Origin: Methanobacteriota archaeon
Lineage (GTDB): Archaea; Thermoplasmatota; Thermoplasmata; SG8-5; JAGLSY01
Assembly (NCBI GenBank): GCA_020697715.1
Contig: JAEHCO010000003.1
Location: forward strand, 105,908 to 169,907
Direction of reading: 5' to 3'
DNA length: 64,000 nt
The position numbers and the translations under genes are program-made. The notes beneath the pieces are model-generated. The model was not told where the DNA came from and made no database searches. It was given only the letters and a program-made list of their open reading frames with translations. How positions within the stretch are numbered: position 1 is the stretch's first letter; each line of letters opens with the position of its first letter. Shown piece after piece: positions 38,368-47,586 of this stretch.

Positions 38368-40368
38368 ATGAAAGTCAAGACCCAAATGTCAAATTTCGAT
38401 ATCTCAGCCTTTGTTAGAGAGAGTCAGGATTATCTCGGTATGCAGGTGGAGAAGGTATTCCAGATGTCCTATACCGAGGTCTGGCTTCGGCTTTCTGCCA
38501 AAGGCAAAAAAGCGACCCTCGTGGTCAAGCTGGGCAAGGCCATGTGGTTTGAAGATGAATATCTGAAATCCGATCTTCAGCCGCCGAACTTCGCCATGTT
38601 GATGAGAAAATACCTGGGTAAAAAGAGGTTGAATTCTATTAGCCAGCATGGTTTTGACAGGATCGTCGTGATGGAATTTGGAGCTGAGAATCAATTCAAA
38701 CTTATAATCGAGGGCTTCGGCAAGGGTAATATGATCCTGGTCGAGGGAGATAAGATAATAAAGCCCATGACATCCAAATCATGGAGGCACCGGGATATCA
38801 AGCCAGGTGCGATCTACAAATTCCCTCCAGAGGGTATCAATCCATTGGATCTCGATCTGGAGGATGTATCCGAAATATTGACTGGCTCGGACAGAGACAT
38901 GGTCCGAGCATTGGCCACACAGGTCAACCTCGGCGGTAGTTACGCCGAGGAGATCTGCGAATATCTTGATCTTGATAAATCCATGAAAGCAAGTGAGGTG
39001 AATGAATCCCAGATCGCCAGTATCATGGAGGCCATGGGTTCCCTGATAGCTCGTCTGGATACTCCATTCCCGGTGATAAAATATGATGATGGGGAAGTTT
39101 TGGATTTCCTCCCCCTTGCTTTGCAGGACCTTTCTGATAGAGAATATAGGTCATTCGACACCTTCAATATCGCTCTCAAGGAATATTTCAATTCCCTTCC
39201 AGATGTCGTGAATGATGAGGATGAGGATTATGTATCGCCTGAGACCCAGCGCCTTGAAAGACAGGCTGAACATCAGACCGAGGCCATTGAAAAGATGGAA
39301 TTCGATATAGTGGAGTATCAGCGATTGGGCGATCTCATATATGCGGAATATGCCAGGTTCGAGAAGATACTGGCAGCTACAAGGGCCATACTGGATGACA
39401 AAGGCTGGAAGGCATCCAAGGCGGAGCTGGAACAATGGGACAAGGTGATATCTTTTGACCCGGATTCCGGCATATTGGAGATGAAGTTGGAAGATGATTC
39501 TCACATCTCATTGGATGTGAGGAACAATGTGAATGACAATGCTGGTTTCCAATATCACAAATCCAAGAGATCGAGGAAAAGACTTGAAGGGGCGAGGGAA
39601 GCCCTGGGCGAGACCCTCGGACTTCTTAAAAAGACCATGAAGGAGGATTTCAAGAAGACAGTCGCTCGTAAAAAATCACCAACCCGTCAGATGTGGTTTG
39701 ACAGGTATCGGTGGTTCCTTTCAAGCGAGGGATTCCTCGTGGTGGGGGGACGAGATGCCAGATCCAATGACAAGGTGGTGAAGAAGCATCTGAAAGATGA
39801 TGGCATCTATGTTCATGCGGATATACATGGAGCTCCCAGCATAATCGTGATGAAAGGCCGTGATGCTGGTGAAGATACTCTCACTGAGGCCTGTGAGTTC
39901 GGAGTTTGCCAATCAAAGGCATGGAAGGCCAAGCTAGCCAGCGGCAATGCCTTTTGGGTCAAGCCAGACCAGGTGAGCAAAACAGCTCAGCCCGGGGAGT
40001 TCCTCGCAAGAGGGGCATTCATGATAAGAGGCAAGAGGAATATCCAAACCAAGCTGGAAATGAAATTGGCCATTGGAGAGATAATGTTTGAAGGTGAGCG
40101 CAAGATCATGTGCGCCCCCATAAGCTCCATGAAGGCCCACACTTCGGATTTCTACGAGATAATACCTGGAGAGATGAATTCCAATATATTTGCTAAAAAG
40201 GCATCCGACCATTATAATGTGCCGATCGAGGAAATAAGTAGAATATTACCTCCTGGGGATCTTGATATTGTTCGTTCACCCTCTGTAATAAAAGTAGATC
40301 CAGAGCCCGAAGTCGATACAGGTTCTGAAGTTGATATTGATAATGAAGTTGATATAGATACCGAATAG
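38368..40368 (+). CDS. NFACT-family protein (archaeal Rqc2/FbpA homologue)
   Basis: NFACT-N start MSNFDISAF and the NFACT-R/DUF814 block FLVVGGRDARSNDKVVKKHLKDDGIYVHADIHGAPSIIVM. The start could be 38368 or 38386. The ORF track's 38284 start is unlikely. Confidence 0.8.
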   Translation: MKVKTQMSNFDISAFVRESQDYLGMQVEKVFQMSYTEVWLRLSAKGKKATLVVKLGKAMWFEDEYLKSDLQPPNFAMLMRKYLGKKRLNSISQHGFDRIVVMEFGAENQFKLIIEGFGKGNMILVEGDKIIKPMTSKSWRHRDIKPGAIYKFPPEGINPLDLDLEDVSEILTGSDRDMVRALATQVNLGGSYAEEICEYLDLDKSMKASEVNESQIASIMEAMGSLIARLDTPFPVIKYDDGEVLDFLPLALQDLSDREYRSFDTFNIALKEYFNSLPDVVNDEDEDYVSPETQRLERQAEHQTEAIEKMEFDIVEYQRLGDLIYAEYARFEKILAATRAILDDKGWKASKAELEQWDKVISFDPDSGILEMKLEDDSHISLDVRNNVNDNAGFQYHKSKRSRKRLEGAREALGETLGLLKKTMKEDFKKTVARKKSPTRQMWFDRYRWFLSSEGFLVVGGRDARSNDKVVKKHLKDDGIYVHADIHGAPSIIVMKGRDAGEDTLTEACEFGVCQSKAWKAKLASGNAFWVKPDQVSKTAQPGEFLARGAFMIRGKRNIQTKLEMKLAIGEIMFEGERKIMCAPISSMKAHTSDFYEIIPGEMNSNIFAKKASDHYNVPIEEISRILPPGDLDIVRSPSVIKVDPEPEVDTGSEVDIDNEVDIDTE

Positions 40369-40369
40369 A

Positions 40370-42139
40370 TCAGTATCCGGCTTTGATGTTCTCAACCATG
40401 GCGAGGCATTCGTTCATCTTATCAAATGATTCCTTGAATTTCCTTTCTTCAAGGAGTTTTTTCGCCATGCTGACCGAATCTATTATTCGATCCACATTCT
40501 GGCCTTGTATCTTCATGTCCCTGGCCATTTGAGCTATAAGCCCTAGATCTTCATTGGCCTTATTGACGAAGGCCTCTTCTATCTGTCTTCGTCCCTGTTT
40601 CATGAGGGCGACTGCTCCATGCAAGTTCTGTTTCTTGCTCTCATTGACCCCCTGGGCGATGATCTTCTTCTGAGGCAATACGTCTATGGATAATTCCTTG
40701 GCAAGTAATAGAAGCGGCTTAATGGCACCTGCGTGAATAGCGAGACTTCTCTTCAGAACCTTTGGATCCTCTTCAGGTTCTGGCTCCGGTTCTGCCTCCA
40801 TGACCTCGATGGTTTCCTCGACGATCTCTTCCTCTTCCGGAACTTCTTCTTCTTCCACGGTTTCGTATATGACTTCCTCTTCCGGAACTTCTTCTTCCAC
40901 GGTTTCGTATATGACTTCCTCTTCCGGAATTTCTTCTTCCACGGTTTCGTATATGACTTCCTCTTCCGGAACTTCTTCTTCAATGAATTCTGGTGCTGCG
41001 ACCTCAGGTTCTTCAGTTTCCTGGAATTCTTCCACGGTCTCGTATGTGGTTGTTTCTTCTTCCGTGGGATCATCAACTTCTTCGTTCTCTGGTACATCAG
41101 ATAGGATATCATCATCTTCGACATCCTCCAATGATCCGGATTCTATCGTGGAAGGTTGGATGGCTTCAAGGACATCCGTATCTGACATCTCTCCATCATC
41201 CAGATCATCTATGTCCTCATATGAAGGTAATTCAAATCCCTGGGATGAAATAACATGTGAATAGCAATCTGCGGCTTTCATTGGCTCGCTCATCTTATTG
41301 TATACCTCGGCCTTGGATATCCAGGCATTTTGATATCCATCATCTATCTCCAGAGATTTATCAAAGGATGCCAGTGCCATATCGAACTCTTCCATCTTCA
41401 TGAGGGTCGAACCTCGTGCGTACCACAGCTCTTTATTGCTAGGATCCTCCTTTAGTTTTGTATCGTAATATGCCAGAGCCATCACATCTGGGTCATCACC
41501 ATCAGCTCCCTGTTCCTGATGGTCGCGTAGTGTTGTGCCACATTCATAGCATCGGAATTCGAATGAGCTCACGATCGTATTGCATAGAGGGCATGCATTC
41601 TCTTCCTCTATCTGAGCAAGATCCAGCTCCTTGCTTCTGATCTCTTCAAGGTCAATATCCCTCAGAGCTGTTTTGATCTCTCCAGCTGATTTTCGGCCTA
41701 TGCCTTTTATCTTGACCAATTCCATTACAGAAGCTCTTTTCAGCTTCCTCAGATCTCCGTAGCCAGCGCCCAGAAGGATCTCCGCTCTAAGAGGTCCGAC
41801 ACCTGGAAGTTTTAGAAGATCTTCCATCTCCTTATCTATGTTCTCAGGGTCAAAGGTTCCACTGAGATTTAGATCATCAATATCCATATCTGGGTCAGGT
41901 TCCGAGAGAATGATCTCTTCCTCATCTGGCTCTTCGATAGTTTCATACTCATCATCCGAGGCCATTCCGATGCGGGTGCCACATTCATTACAGATATTCT
42001 CCCCTTGTGGGACTATGTTTCCGCAGTCCGGGCACTCTACTGGCTCGGGTGCGGTGAAAACAGTTCCACATATGCTACAAGTTCCCTCATTAGCATTGAT
42101 GGAGCCACCACAAATGGGACAATTATCACCAGACGTCAC
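40370..42139 (-). CDS. Hypothetical multi-zinc-ribbon, HhH and TPR protein with acidic tandem repeats
   Basis: Four CxxC pairs: CPICGG, CSICG, CPDCG, CNECG. Helix-hairpin-helix LLKLPGVGPLRAEILLGAGYGDL...KIKGIGRKSAGEI. TPR-like WYARG...A/F pattern. Four copies of EEEVPEEEVIYETVE. GTG start. Confidence 0.6.
   Translation of the reverse strand: MTSGDNCPICGGSINANEGTCSICGTVFTAPEPVECPDCGNIVPQGENICNECGTRIGMASDDEYETIEEPDEEEIILSEPDPDMDIDDLNLSGTFDPENIDKEMEDLLKLPGVGPLRAEILLGAGYGDLRKLKRASVMELVKIKGIGRKSAGEIKTALRDIDLEEIRSKELDLAQIEEENACPLCNTIVSSFEFRCYECGTTLRDHQEQGADGDDPDVMALAYYDTKLKEDPSNKELWYARGSTLMKMEEFDMALASFDKSLEIDDGYQNAWISKAEVYNKMSEPMKAADCYSHVISSQGFELPSYEDIDDLDDGEMSDTDVLEAIQPSTIESGSLEDVEDDDILSDVPENEEVDDPTEEETTTYETVEEFQETEEPEVAAPEFIEEEVPEEEVIYETVEEEIPEEEVIYETVEEEVPEEEVIYETVEEEEVPEEEEIVEETIEVMEAEPEPEPEEDPKVLKRSLAIHAGAIKPLLLLAKELSIDVLPQKKIIAQGVNESKKQNLHGAVALMKQGRRQIEEAFVNKANEDLGLIAQMARDMKIQGQNVDRIIDSVSMAKKLLEERKFKESFDKMNECLAMVENIKAGY
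40828..40985 (-). repeat. 45-bp tandem repeat (about 3.3 copies) encoding the acidic 15-aa repeats
   Basis: cttcttccacggtttcgtatatgacttcctcttccggaaYttctt is reiterated on the plus strand. Confidence 0.85.
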
Positions 42140-42199
42140 AATACCCAGTATGTGATATATAAATAATATACTTTTCTCCTATGGGTATTTAATATTTTT

Positions 42200-42221
42200 C
42201 ATTGCTCAAGCTTGAGCAATG
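42200..42221. promoter_or_regulatory. Perfect 22-bp palindrome CATTGCTCAAGCTTGAGCAATG
   Basis: Self-complementary when checked by hand. Lies between the tRNA 3' end and the TATA-like ATATATAAA of the zinc-ribbon gene promoter. Confidence 0.6.
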
Positions 42222-42243
42222 GAAAATCCAAATAATATGGAAA

Positions 42244-42361
42244 GTGCCCGAACCGGAATTCGAATCCGGGTCAAAAGCTCCGCAAGCTTTCAGGATATCC
42301 TTTGTAGGAGCAACACGAAGCCTCGCAAGGCGAAGTGATGCTCTAGCTACCCCATTCGGGC
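42244..42361 (-). tRNA. Intron-containing tRNA, best fit tRNA-Arg (GCG), with a putative 44-nt intron in the D-loop
   Basis: The 3' half folds cleanly: anticodon arm AAAGC-UUGCGGA-GCUUU, T-arm CCGGA-UUCGAAU-UCCGG, acceptor GCCCGAA/UUCGGGC, discriminator A. The 5' half carries about 44 extra nt (CUAGAGC...CUACA). This insert is flanked by GUAG/CUAC and GAGC/GCUC helices around a 3-nt bulge, which fits a relaxed BHB. The splice positions are approximate. Confidence 0.55.
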
Positions 42362-42615
42362 GTATTGAATCATCCCAAAGCTAATACCACAATCTTTAGA
42401 TTTTTAGATATAGAGTGATTGTGGTTAGCTTTGGTTGATTTCAATAAGGGCTCACTATCCTCAGTTCATCTTTACAGATTAACTGAGAGGATACCCACGG
42501 CTGAAGCCGGGGAGCCCTCATTGGCCTTGAAATGCGAACCTGTTTATGAATGTTTGTGTGGCTCATTATATCCAGACATGATCTTCTTACATGTCTTTCG
42601 GCAGTATCGGCCTCA

Positions 42616-43095
42616 TCAGCCCAGCTTATTTCGCGTATATGCTAACAACCCACCAGCATCTCTAATGGCCAGTATCTCTTTGGGCAGTAAGGGGAAATTG
42701 AACTTCTGGCCGTCGATGATGATCTCGCCAGCATCGATGTCCATCTCCACCTCAGCACCTTCTTTGTAGGCCTGTACCGCTTCTGGACATTCGATGAGCA
42801 CCAGACCTTGATTGATGGCCGCCCGGTAGAATATCCTGGCATAGCCCTCGGCCACAATGGCCTTGATACCTATTGCCTTGAATCCCACAGTTGGCTGTTC
42901 ACGGCTGGATCCGCAACCGAAGTTCCGGCCTGCGAATATTATGTCGCCGGCTTTCGCACCCTTGGCGAAGTCCGGGTCCAGGTCCTCCAGCATATGTGGT
43001 AGTATCTCCTCGGCTGTTCCACAAGTGTAGGTGTACTTGCCGGGAAATAGCATATCGGTGTTCACGCTGTCTCCGTATTTCCAAACTTTACTCAT
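42616..43095 (-). CDS. Aconitase-family dehydratase small subunit (LeuD/HacB-like)
   Basis: MSKVWKYGDSVNTDMLFPGKY start and the GCGSSRE motif. I trimmed the ORF-track start (43131) to the conserved Met. Confidence 0.8.
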   Translation of the reverse strand: MSKVWKYGDSVNTDMLFPGKYTYTCGTAEEILPHMLEDLDPDFAKGAKAGDIIFAGRNFGCGSSREQPTVGFKAIGIKAIVAEGYARIFYRAAINQGLVLIECPEAVQAYKEGAEVEMDIDAGEIIIDGQKFNFPLLPKEILAIRDAGGLLAYTRNKLG

Positions 43096-43096
43096 T

Positions 43097-44359
43097 TCAC
43101 ACCACCGTCCTTGGGTCTGTAATTCTGCCATTGATCGCCGAAGCCGCCACGGTCTCCGGGGAAGCCAGGTATATCTCGGCTTCCTTGCACCCCATCCTTC
43201 CCTTGAAGTTGCGATTGGCCGTGCTTATACATTTCTCTCCGGGAGCCAGCACGCCTTGATGAGCTCCAAGGCAAGGTCCACAGCCAGGTGGTAATATCAC
43301 ACCGCCTGCTTCGCTCAGTGTCTTGATGATGCCCATGTCCAGTGCCTCTTCGTATATCTTCCTGGAGGCTGGCAGTACCAGTAATCTTGTATCCGGGTGG
43401 ACTTTTTTGCCCTTCAGGATATTGGCCGCGGCCACCAGATCCGATAGGCGGCCATTGGTGCATGTTCCGATAAGGCATTGGTCCACCTTTGTGTCTGATA
43501 GATCCTTTGCCAGGCATTTATTGTCAACCTGGTGAGGGCAAGCGACCACTGGCTCGATAGCCGAGAGATCGTATTCCTTCTCCATGTAATATTCAGCGTC
43601 ATCATCTGCCCAAACCGCATCATAATCAGATGGAGCCAGTCCTATTGAATTGAGATATTCCACAGCCACTTTATCAACTGGGAAGGTGGCATTTTTTGCC
43701 CCCATCTCGATACCCATATTGGATATGACGAATCGGTCTTCAATTGAAAGCTGACCGATATCTCCCCAGAACTCGACCGAGCAATAGGTTGCTCCATCGG
43801 CGGCTATATCGCCGATGATGTGCAGGATTATGTCCTTGGCCGATACTCCTTTCTGCAACTGGCCTTTCAATGTCATCTTGATGGTCTTGGGAACCTTGAG
43901 CCATGTCTCTCCGGTCAGAATGAGGGACGCGGCCTCGGTTCTGTCGATGCCAGTTGAAAAACATCCAACAGCTCCATATGAACATGTATGCGAATCACTT
44001 CCAAGAACTATTCCGCCAGGCAATGCCAGTCCCTTCTCAAAGACTATCTGATGGCAGATGCCATGACCGACATCGAAGAAATTCTCGATGTCGAATTTCT
44101 TCACGAATTTCCGTATGTCTTGATGATTGGTAGCTGTCTTCTCGCTGGCCGCTGGTGCGACATGATCTATAACTATGACTGGAAGCTGTTTGCTTACCAC
44201 GCCATGCTTATCCAGGTCATCTTTTATCTTGGCGGTTATTGCCGCGGCATTATCGTGCATCAGGAGATGGTCTGGCTTGATCATCACGATCTGACCGGGA
44301 ACAACCGAATCGTTCCCGGATCTCTTTGCCAGCACCTTCTCCGCAAAGGTTTTTCCCAT
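43097..44359 (-). CDS. Aconitase-family dehydratase large subunit (LeuC/HacA-like, 3-isopropylmalate/homoaconitate/citramalate isomerase)
   Basis: 420 aa. Fe-S ligand region CHQIV...GSDSHT...CGPC. Typical archaeal LeuC N-terminus MGKTFAEKVLA. Confidence 0.85.
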   Translation of the reverse strand: MGKTFAEKVLAKRSGNDSVVPGQIVMIKPDHLLMHDNAAAITAKIKDDLDKHGVVSKQLPVIVIDHVAPAASEKTATNHQDIRKFVKKFDIENFFDVGHGICHQIVFEKGLALPGGIVLGSDSHTCSYGAVGCFSTGIDRTEAASLILTGETWLKVPKTIKMTLKGQLQKGVSAKDIILHIIGDIAADGATYCSVEFWGDIGQLSIEDRFVISNMGIEMGAKNATFPVDKVAVEYLNSIGLAPSDYDAVWADDDAEYYMEKEYDLSAIEPVVACPHQVDNKCLAKDLSDTKVDQCLIGTCTNGRLSDLVAAANILKGKKVHPDTRLLVLPASRKIYEEALDMGIIKTLSEAGGVILPPGCGPCLGAHQGVLAPGEKCISTANRNFKGRMGCKEAEIYLASPETVAASAINGRITDPRTVV

Positions 44360-44375
44360 TATGAATCACTCCATC

Positions 44376-44954
44376 TCACTCGTTGATCAAATTGCCCTTT
44401 GTTATCATGACCAGTGGATTGAAAGTGGCGAAATCCGCCTGATGTACCAGCACGGTCTCTATGACCTGTGGCCTGCCATCGCCTTCCTTGGCATGGCATC
44501 CTATGACATTGACAATTTCCTCAGGCAATCCTATCTCATCGGCCAGGATAGCTCCGGATATTGGGTGTCTGGCACACTTTCCAGCATGGCTTTTCCTGTA
44601 TCCGCCTTGTCCATCCTTCTCGAACTCCATGAGCTTGCCGACATCATGGAGAATTCCTCCGGCTATGAGCCGATCATAATCAATTCCATAGGGCATGTTG
44701 GCATAGTGCTTTTCCTGGGCCTTTGCCAACTGTAGTGCGCCCTCGGTAACTGCTAGGGTATGCTCGATGAAGTTAACGCCCTTACAATCCGTCAGTAGTG
44801 TGAAGGGCATTGCCTTCAGCTCGTCCACACTCTGCCAGTTGCCTCTCTCGCAACCGATCACCCAGGCCTTGACAGTGCCTTCGCGGATGTTCTCGTCCTT
44901 GATCATTGACAGGTATGGGCCAAATAATTCTTCGATATCGCTTTTGCTTATCAT
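44376..44954 (-). CDS. HD-domain phosphohydrolase
   Basis: H...HDVGK motif. 192 aa. Confidence 0.65.
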   Translation of the reverse strand: MISKSDIEELFGPYLSMIKDENIREGTVKAWVIGCERGNWQSVDELKAMPFTLLTDCKGVNFIEHTLAVTEGALQLAKAQEKHYANMPYGIDYDRLIAGGILHDVGKLMEFEKDGQGGYRKSHAGKCARHPISGAILADEIGLPEEIVNVIGCHAKEGDGRPQVIETVLVHQADFATFNPLVMITKGNLINE

Positions 44955-45035
44955 GATTAATCATCTCCTTTCTGAGACTTTCAGGTTTTACCTGAAACAA
45001 TAAAGGGGTTAATGAATGTTGGTATTTATCCTATA

Positions 45036-45905
45036 TCAGCTGATGACCAATTCCTTTTCCAGCTTCTTCCAGATATCCTTTATATCAGCGGCCAGCTGAC
45101 CAACAGAGAATTCCACCACCGTTTTCTCATCCATCATGGCCCTGGTGGCTGTTTCGTCATAGGCCAGTTTTCCGATAACCCCAATTCCCTCTGCCTTGCA
45201 GAACTCGATTATGTCGGCTGTATTCTCTTCATTGATATCGTATTTGTTTATGCAAGCCACCGTGGGAACCTGAAAATGTCTGGCAACCTCGATCATCCTC
45301 TTTGCATCATGTATGCCAGACAGTGTGGGCTCTATGACTATAAGAACAAGATCAACGCCAGTTATCGAAGCGATGACCGTACATCCGGTTCCTGGCGGTC
45401 CATCAATGATAATGAGATCATTTTCTTCTTTTTCGGCTATCTTCCTGGCCTTCTCCCTTACCAGGGCAACCAGCTTGCCAGTTGCTTCCTCACCTGGATG
45501 CATCTTCGCATGTACCATCTTTCCAAACCTGGTATCCGATACATAGGATTCGCCAGCCACTCTTTGGACCATTTTGATGGCTCCAACTGGACATACCAGT
45601 TCGCAGACAGCGCACCCTTCGCATTTTTCGAGATGCAGAGTATTGTCGGAGTCAAATGAACTATATCTGCAATTATCATAACATAGGCCACAATCCGTGC
45701 AGATATCATCATTCTTCTGCGCGACATTCAGGCCGTGAAAGTTCTCACTGCTTCTAATTTGAGGATGGAGCAGTAGGTGCATGTCCGCGGCATCAACATC
45801 TGCATCGACTATCACGAGGTTCTTAGCCAGTGCTGTAAAGGCGGCTGTAAGGGTGGTCTTTCCAGAACCACCCTTTCCGCTTATAATCGTGATCTGTTTG
45901 ACCAT
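45036..45905 (-). CDS. MinD/ParA-family P-loop ATPase with a 2x[4Fe-4S] ferredoxin insertion
   Basis: Deviant Walker A GKGGSGKTT. CxxCxxCxxxC pairs CTDCGLCYDNC and CEGCAVCELVC. Confidence 0.8.
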   Translation of the reverse strand: MVKQITIISGKGGSGKTTLTAAFTALAKNLVIVDADVDAADMHLLLHPQIRSSENFHGLNVAQKNDDICTDCGLCYDNCRYSSFDSDNTLHLEKCEGCAVCELVCPVGAIKMVQRVAGESYVSDTRFGKMVHAKMHPGEEATGKLVALVREKARKIAEKEENDLIIIDGPPGTGCTVIASITGVDLVLIVIEPTLSGIHDAKRMIEVARHFQVPTVACINKYDINEENTADIIEFCKAEGIGVIGKLAYDETATRAMMDEKTVVEFSVGQLAADIKDIWKKLEKELVIS

Positions 45906-45906
45906 A

Positions 45907-46755
45907 TTATTCCACCCCCTGGGTTTTGACGATCTCTTTTATTTTATCATAGATCTTAATGAACTCCTGTTTGAACTCTGGGATTCCTTCAACAATTGGA
46001 ATTCCTTTCGAGTACAACTTGGCGATATCCAGGTCATTGGGGATGGTGGCCAAGAGTGGAATACCATCTTCTTCACAAAATATCTCCACTCTATTATCAC
46101 CTATTCCAGCCCGATTTATCACGACTCCAAAAGGCGTTCCGATATTCCTTACCACGTCCACAGCCAGTTTTAGATCATGCAATCCAAAAGGTGTTGGCTC
46201 GGTCACCAGAATGACAAAATCCGAATCACTCATGGCCTCCACCGCAGGGCACGCTGTACCTGGTGGGGAATCAAAAATGATATTCTTATCTGGAGAAGCC
46301 AATTCCTTGACCGCTTTGATTATTGGAACTCCAAAAGGCTCTCCGATCTTAAGAAGGCCATGGTACAGTTCCATTTCTTCCATACCCCCTTTTTCTATGA
46401 TGCCCAGCACATGTTCTGTCTCGGATACTGCGTCATTCGGGCATATGATCTTGCACCCTCCACAGCCATGACAAAGCTCCTCAAAGAAGAGTAATTTATT
46501 TTTGATGATAGCTATGGCATTGTATTGGCAGAATTCCGCACATTTCCCACATCTATCACATTTTTCCAGATCGAACCTGGGTATTGGAATTCCAATTTCC
46601 CTGACCCTTTCCATGGGCTCCTTGAAGAATAGATGGCAATTCGGCTCCTCCACATCACAATCTATGAGCATGGCATTATCCATGCTCAATGCTAGATTGA
46701 CCGATATAGTGGTCTTGCCAGTTCCTCCTTTTCCACTGGCTACGGATATTTTCAT
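45907..46755 (-). CDS. MinD/ParA-family P-loop ATPase with a ferredoxin insertion (paralogue)
   Basis: GKGGTGKTT, CDRCGKCAEFC and CHGCGGCKIIC. I chose the start at MKISVASGKGG. The ORF track extends it to 46857 and overlaps the upstream gene. Confidence 0.75.
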   Translation of the reverse strand: MKISVASGKGGTGKTTISVNLALSMDNAMLIDCDVEEPNCHLFFKEPMERVREIGIPIPRFDLEKCDRCGKCAEFCQYNAIAIIKNKLLFFEELCHGCGGCKIICPNDAVSETEHVLGIIEKGGMEEMELYHGLLKIGEPFGVPIIKAVKELASPDKNIIFDSPPGTACPAVEAMSDSDFVILVTEPTPFGLHDLKLAVDVVRNIGTPFGVVINRAGIGDNRVEIFCEEDGIPLLATIPNDLDIAKLYSKGIPIVEGIPEFKQEFIKIYDKIKEIVKTQGVE

Positions 46756-46780
46756 TGTATCACGCTTCATCTTTTCAATA

Positions 46781-47197
46781 TTAATTCCCGCAGCCTCCGC
46801 CATGATCATGACCCTGCCCATCTCCATGCCCTTCACCCCTGAAGGCATGTTGTGCACAGGCTGAATCCTGAGTGGCCTTGGTAAGTTTCTCGCTCATGTA
46901 TAGGCCTATGGCATCCTCCACGGTTCCAGTGGCACCCATGTAAACACAAATGCCCGCCTGTTCGAACATTTGTATGGCCTTCTTGCCCAAGCCACCACAG
47001 AGCATGATGTCCACTCCCAGCTTCGCGATGTTCTCGGCTGGATAGCCAGTCCCTCCTGTGTGAGAGCTGTTATTAGGTACTACTTTGACATCCTGCGTCT
47101 CGCTGTCATATATCGTGTATGTTGGAACTCGTCCAAAATGCTCGCCCACTTGCTCCTCCAGTCCTTTCTCTCCCATTGTCGGTATACATATTTTCAT
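46781..47197 (-). CDS. Dinitrogenase FeMo-cofactor-binding-like protein (Nitro_FeMo-Co/NifX-NafY fold) with a His/Gly-rich tail
   Basis: MKICIPT...GRVP...LCGGLGKKAIQMFEQAGI pattern. C-terminus GEGHGDGQGHDHGGGCGN. Confidence 0.7.
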   Translation of the reverse strand: MKICIPTMGEKGLEEQVGEHFGRVPTYTIYDSETQDVKVVPNNSSHTGGTGYPAENIAKLGVDIMLCGGLGKKAIQMFEQAGICVYMGATGTVEDAIGLYMSEKLTKATQDSACAQHAFRGEGHGDGQGHDHGGGCGN

Positions 47198-47207
47198 ATT
47201 AGATCAC

Positions 47208-47582
47208 CTACCTTCTACCGCCCATGCCGGCATGGGAGCCGACATTCGCGCTATTTGCCTCCTCCAATTCTCCATTCTTGAATTTCTGTATCATATCTTT
47301 GATAATGCCATTTGAACCTGTCAGAACCCTAATCCCAGCTGCCTCAAGGGCCTGGTATGCATTGGGTCCAACATTCCCTGTTATAAGCACTTCCACTCCT
47401 TTCTTGGATATTGCCTGTGCGGCTTGTGGTCCAGCCCCACCACTGGCATTCGCACTCTCATTGCTCACGGCCTCGAACTCCATTGTGTCTGGATCAACTA
47501 TTATGAAATAAACACATCTTCCAAACCTGGTGTCCACTTCAGATTCAAGGTCTTTGCCTTTTGATGTCATTGCGATCTTCAT
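47208..47582 (-). CDS. Dinitrogenase FeMo-cofactor-binding-like protein (paralogue)
   Basis: MKIAMTS...FGRC...ITGNVGPNAYQALEAAGI. Confidence 0.7.
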   Translation of the reverse strand: MKIAMTSKGKDLESEVDTRFGRCVYFIIVDPDTMEFEAVSNESANASGGAGPQAAQAISKKGVEVLITGNVGPNAYQALEAAGIRVLTGSNGIIKDMIQKFKNGELEEANSANVGSHAGMGGRR

Positions 47583-47586
47583 TAGA

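Noticed and set aside
40733-41264. F-rich and S-rich ORFs on both strands
   Set aside because: Alternative frames of the 45-bp acidic tandem repeat inside the zinc-ribbon gene.
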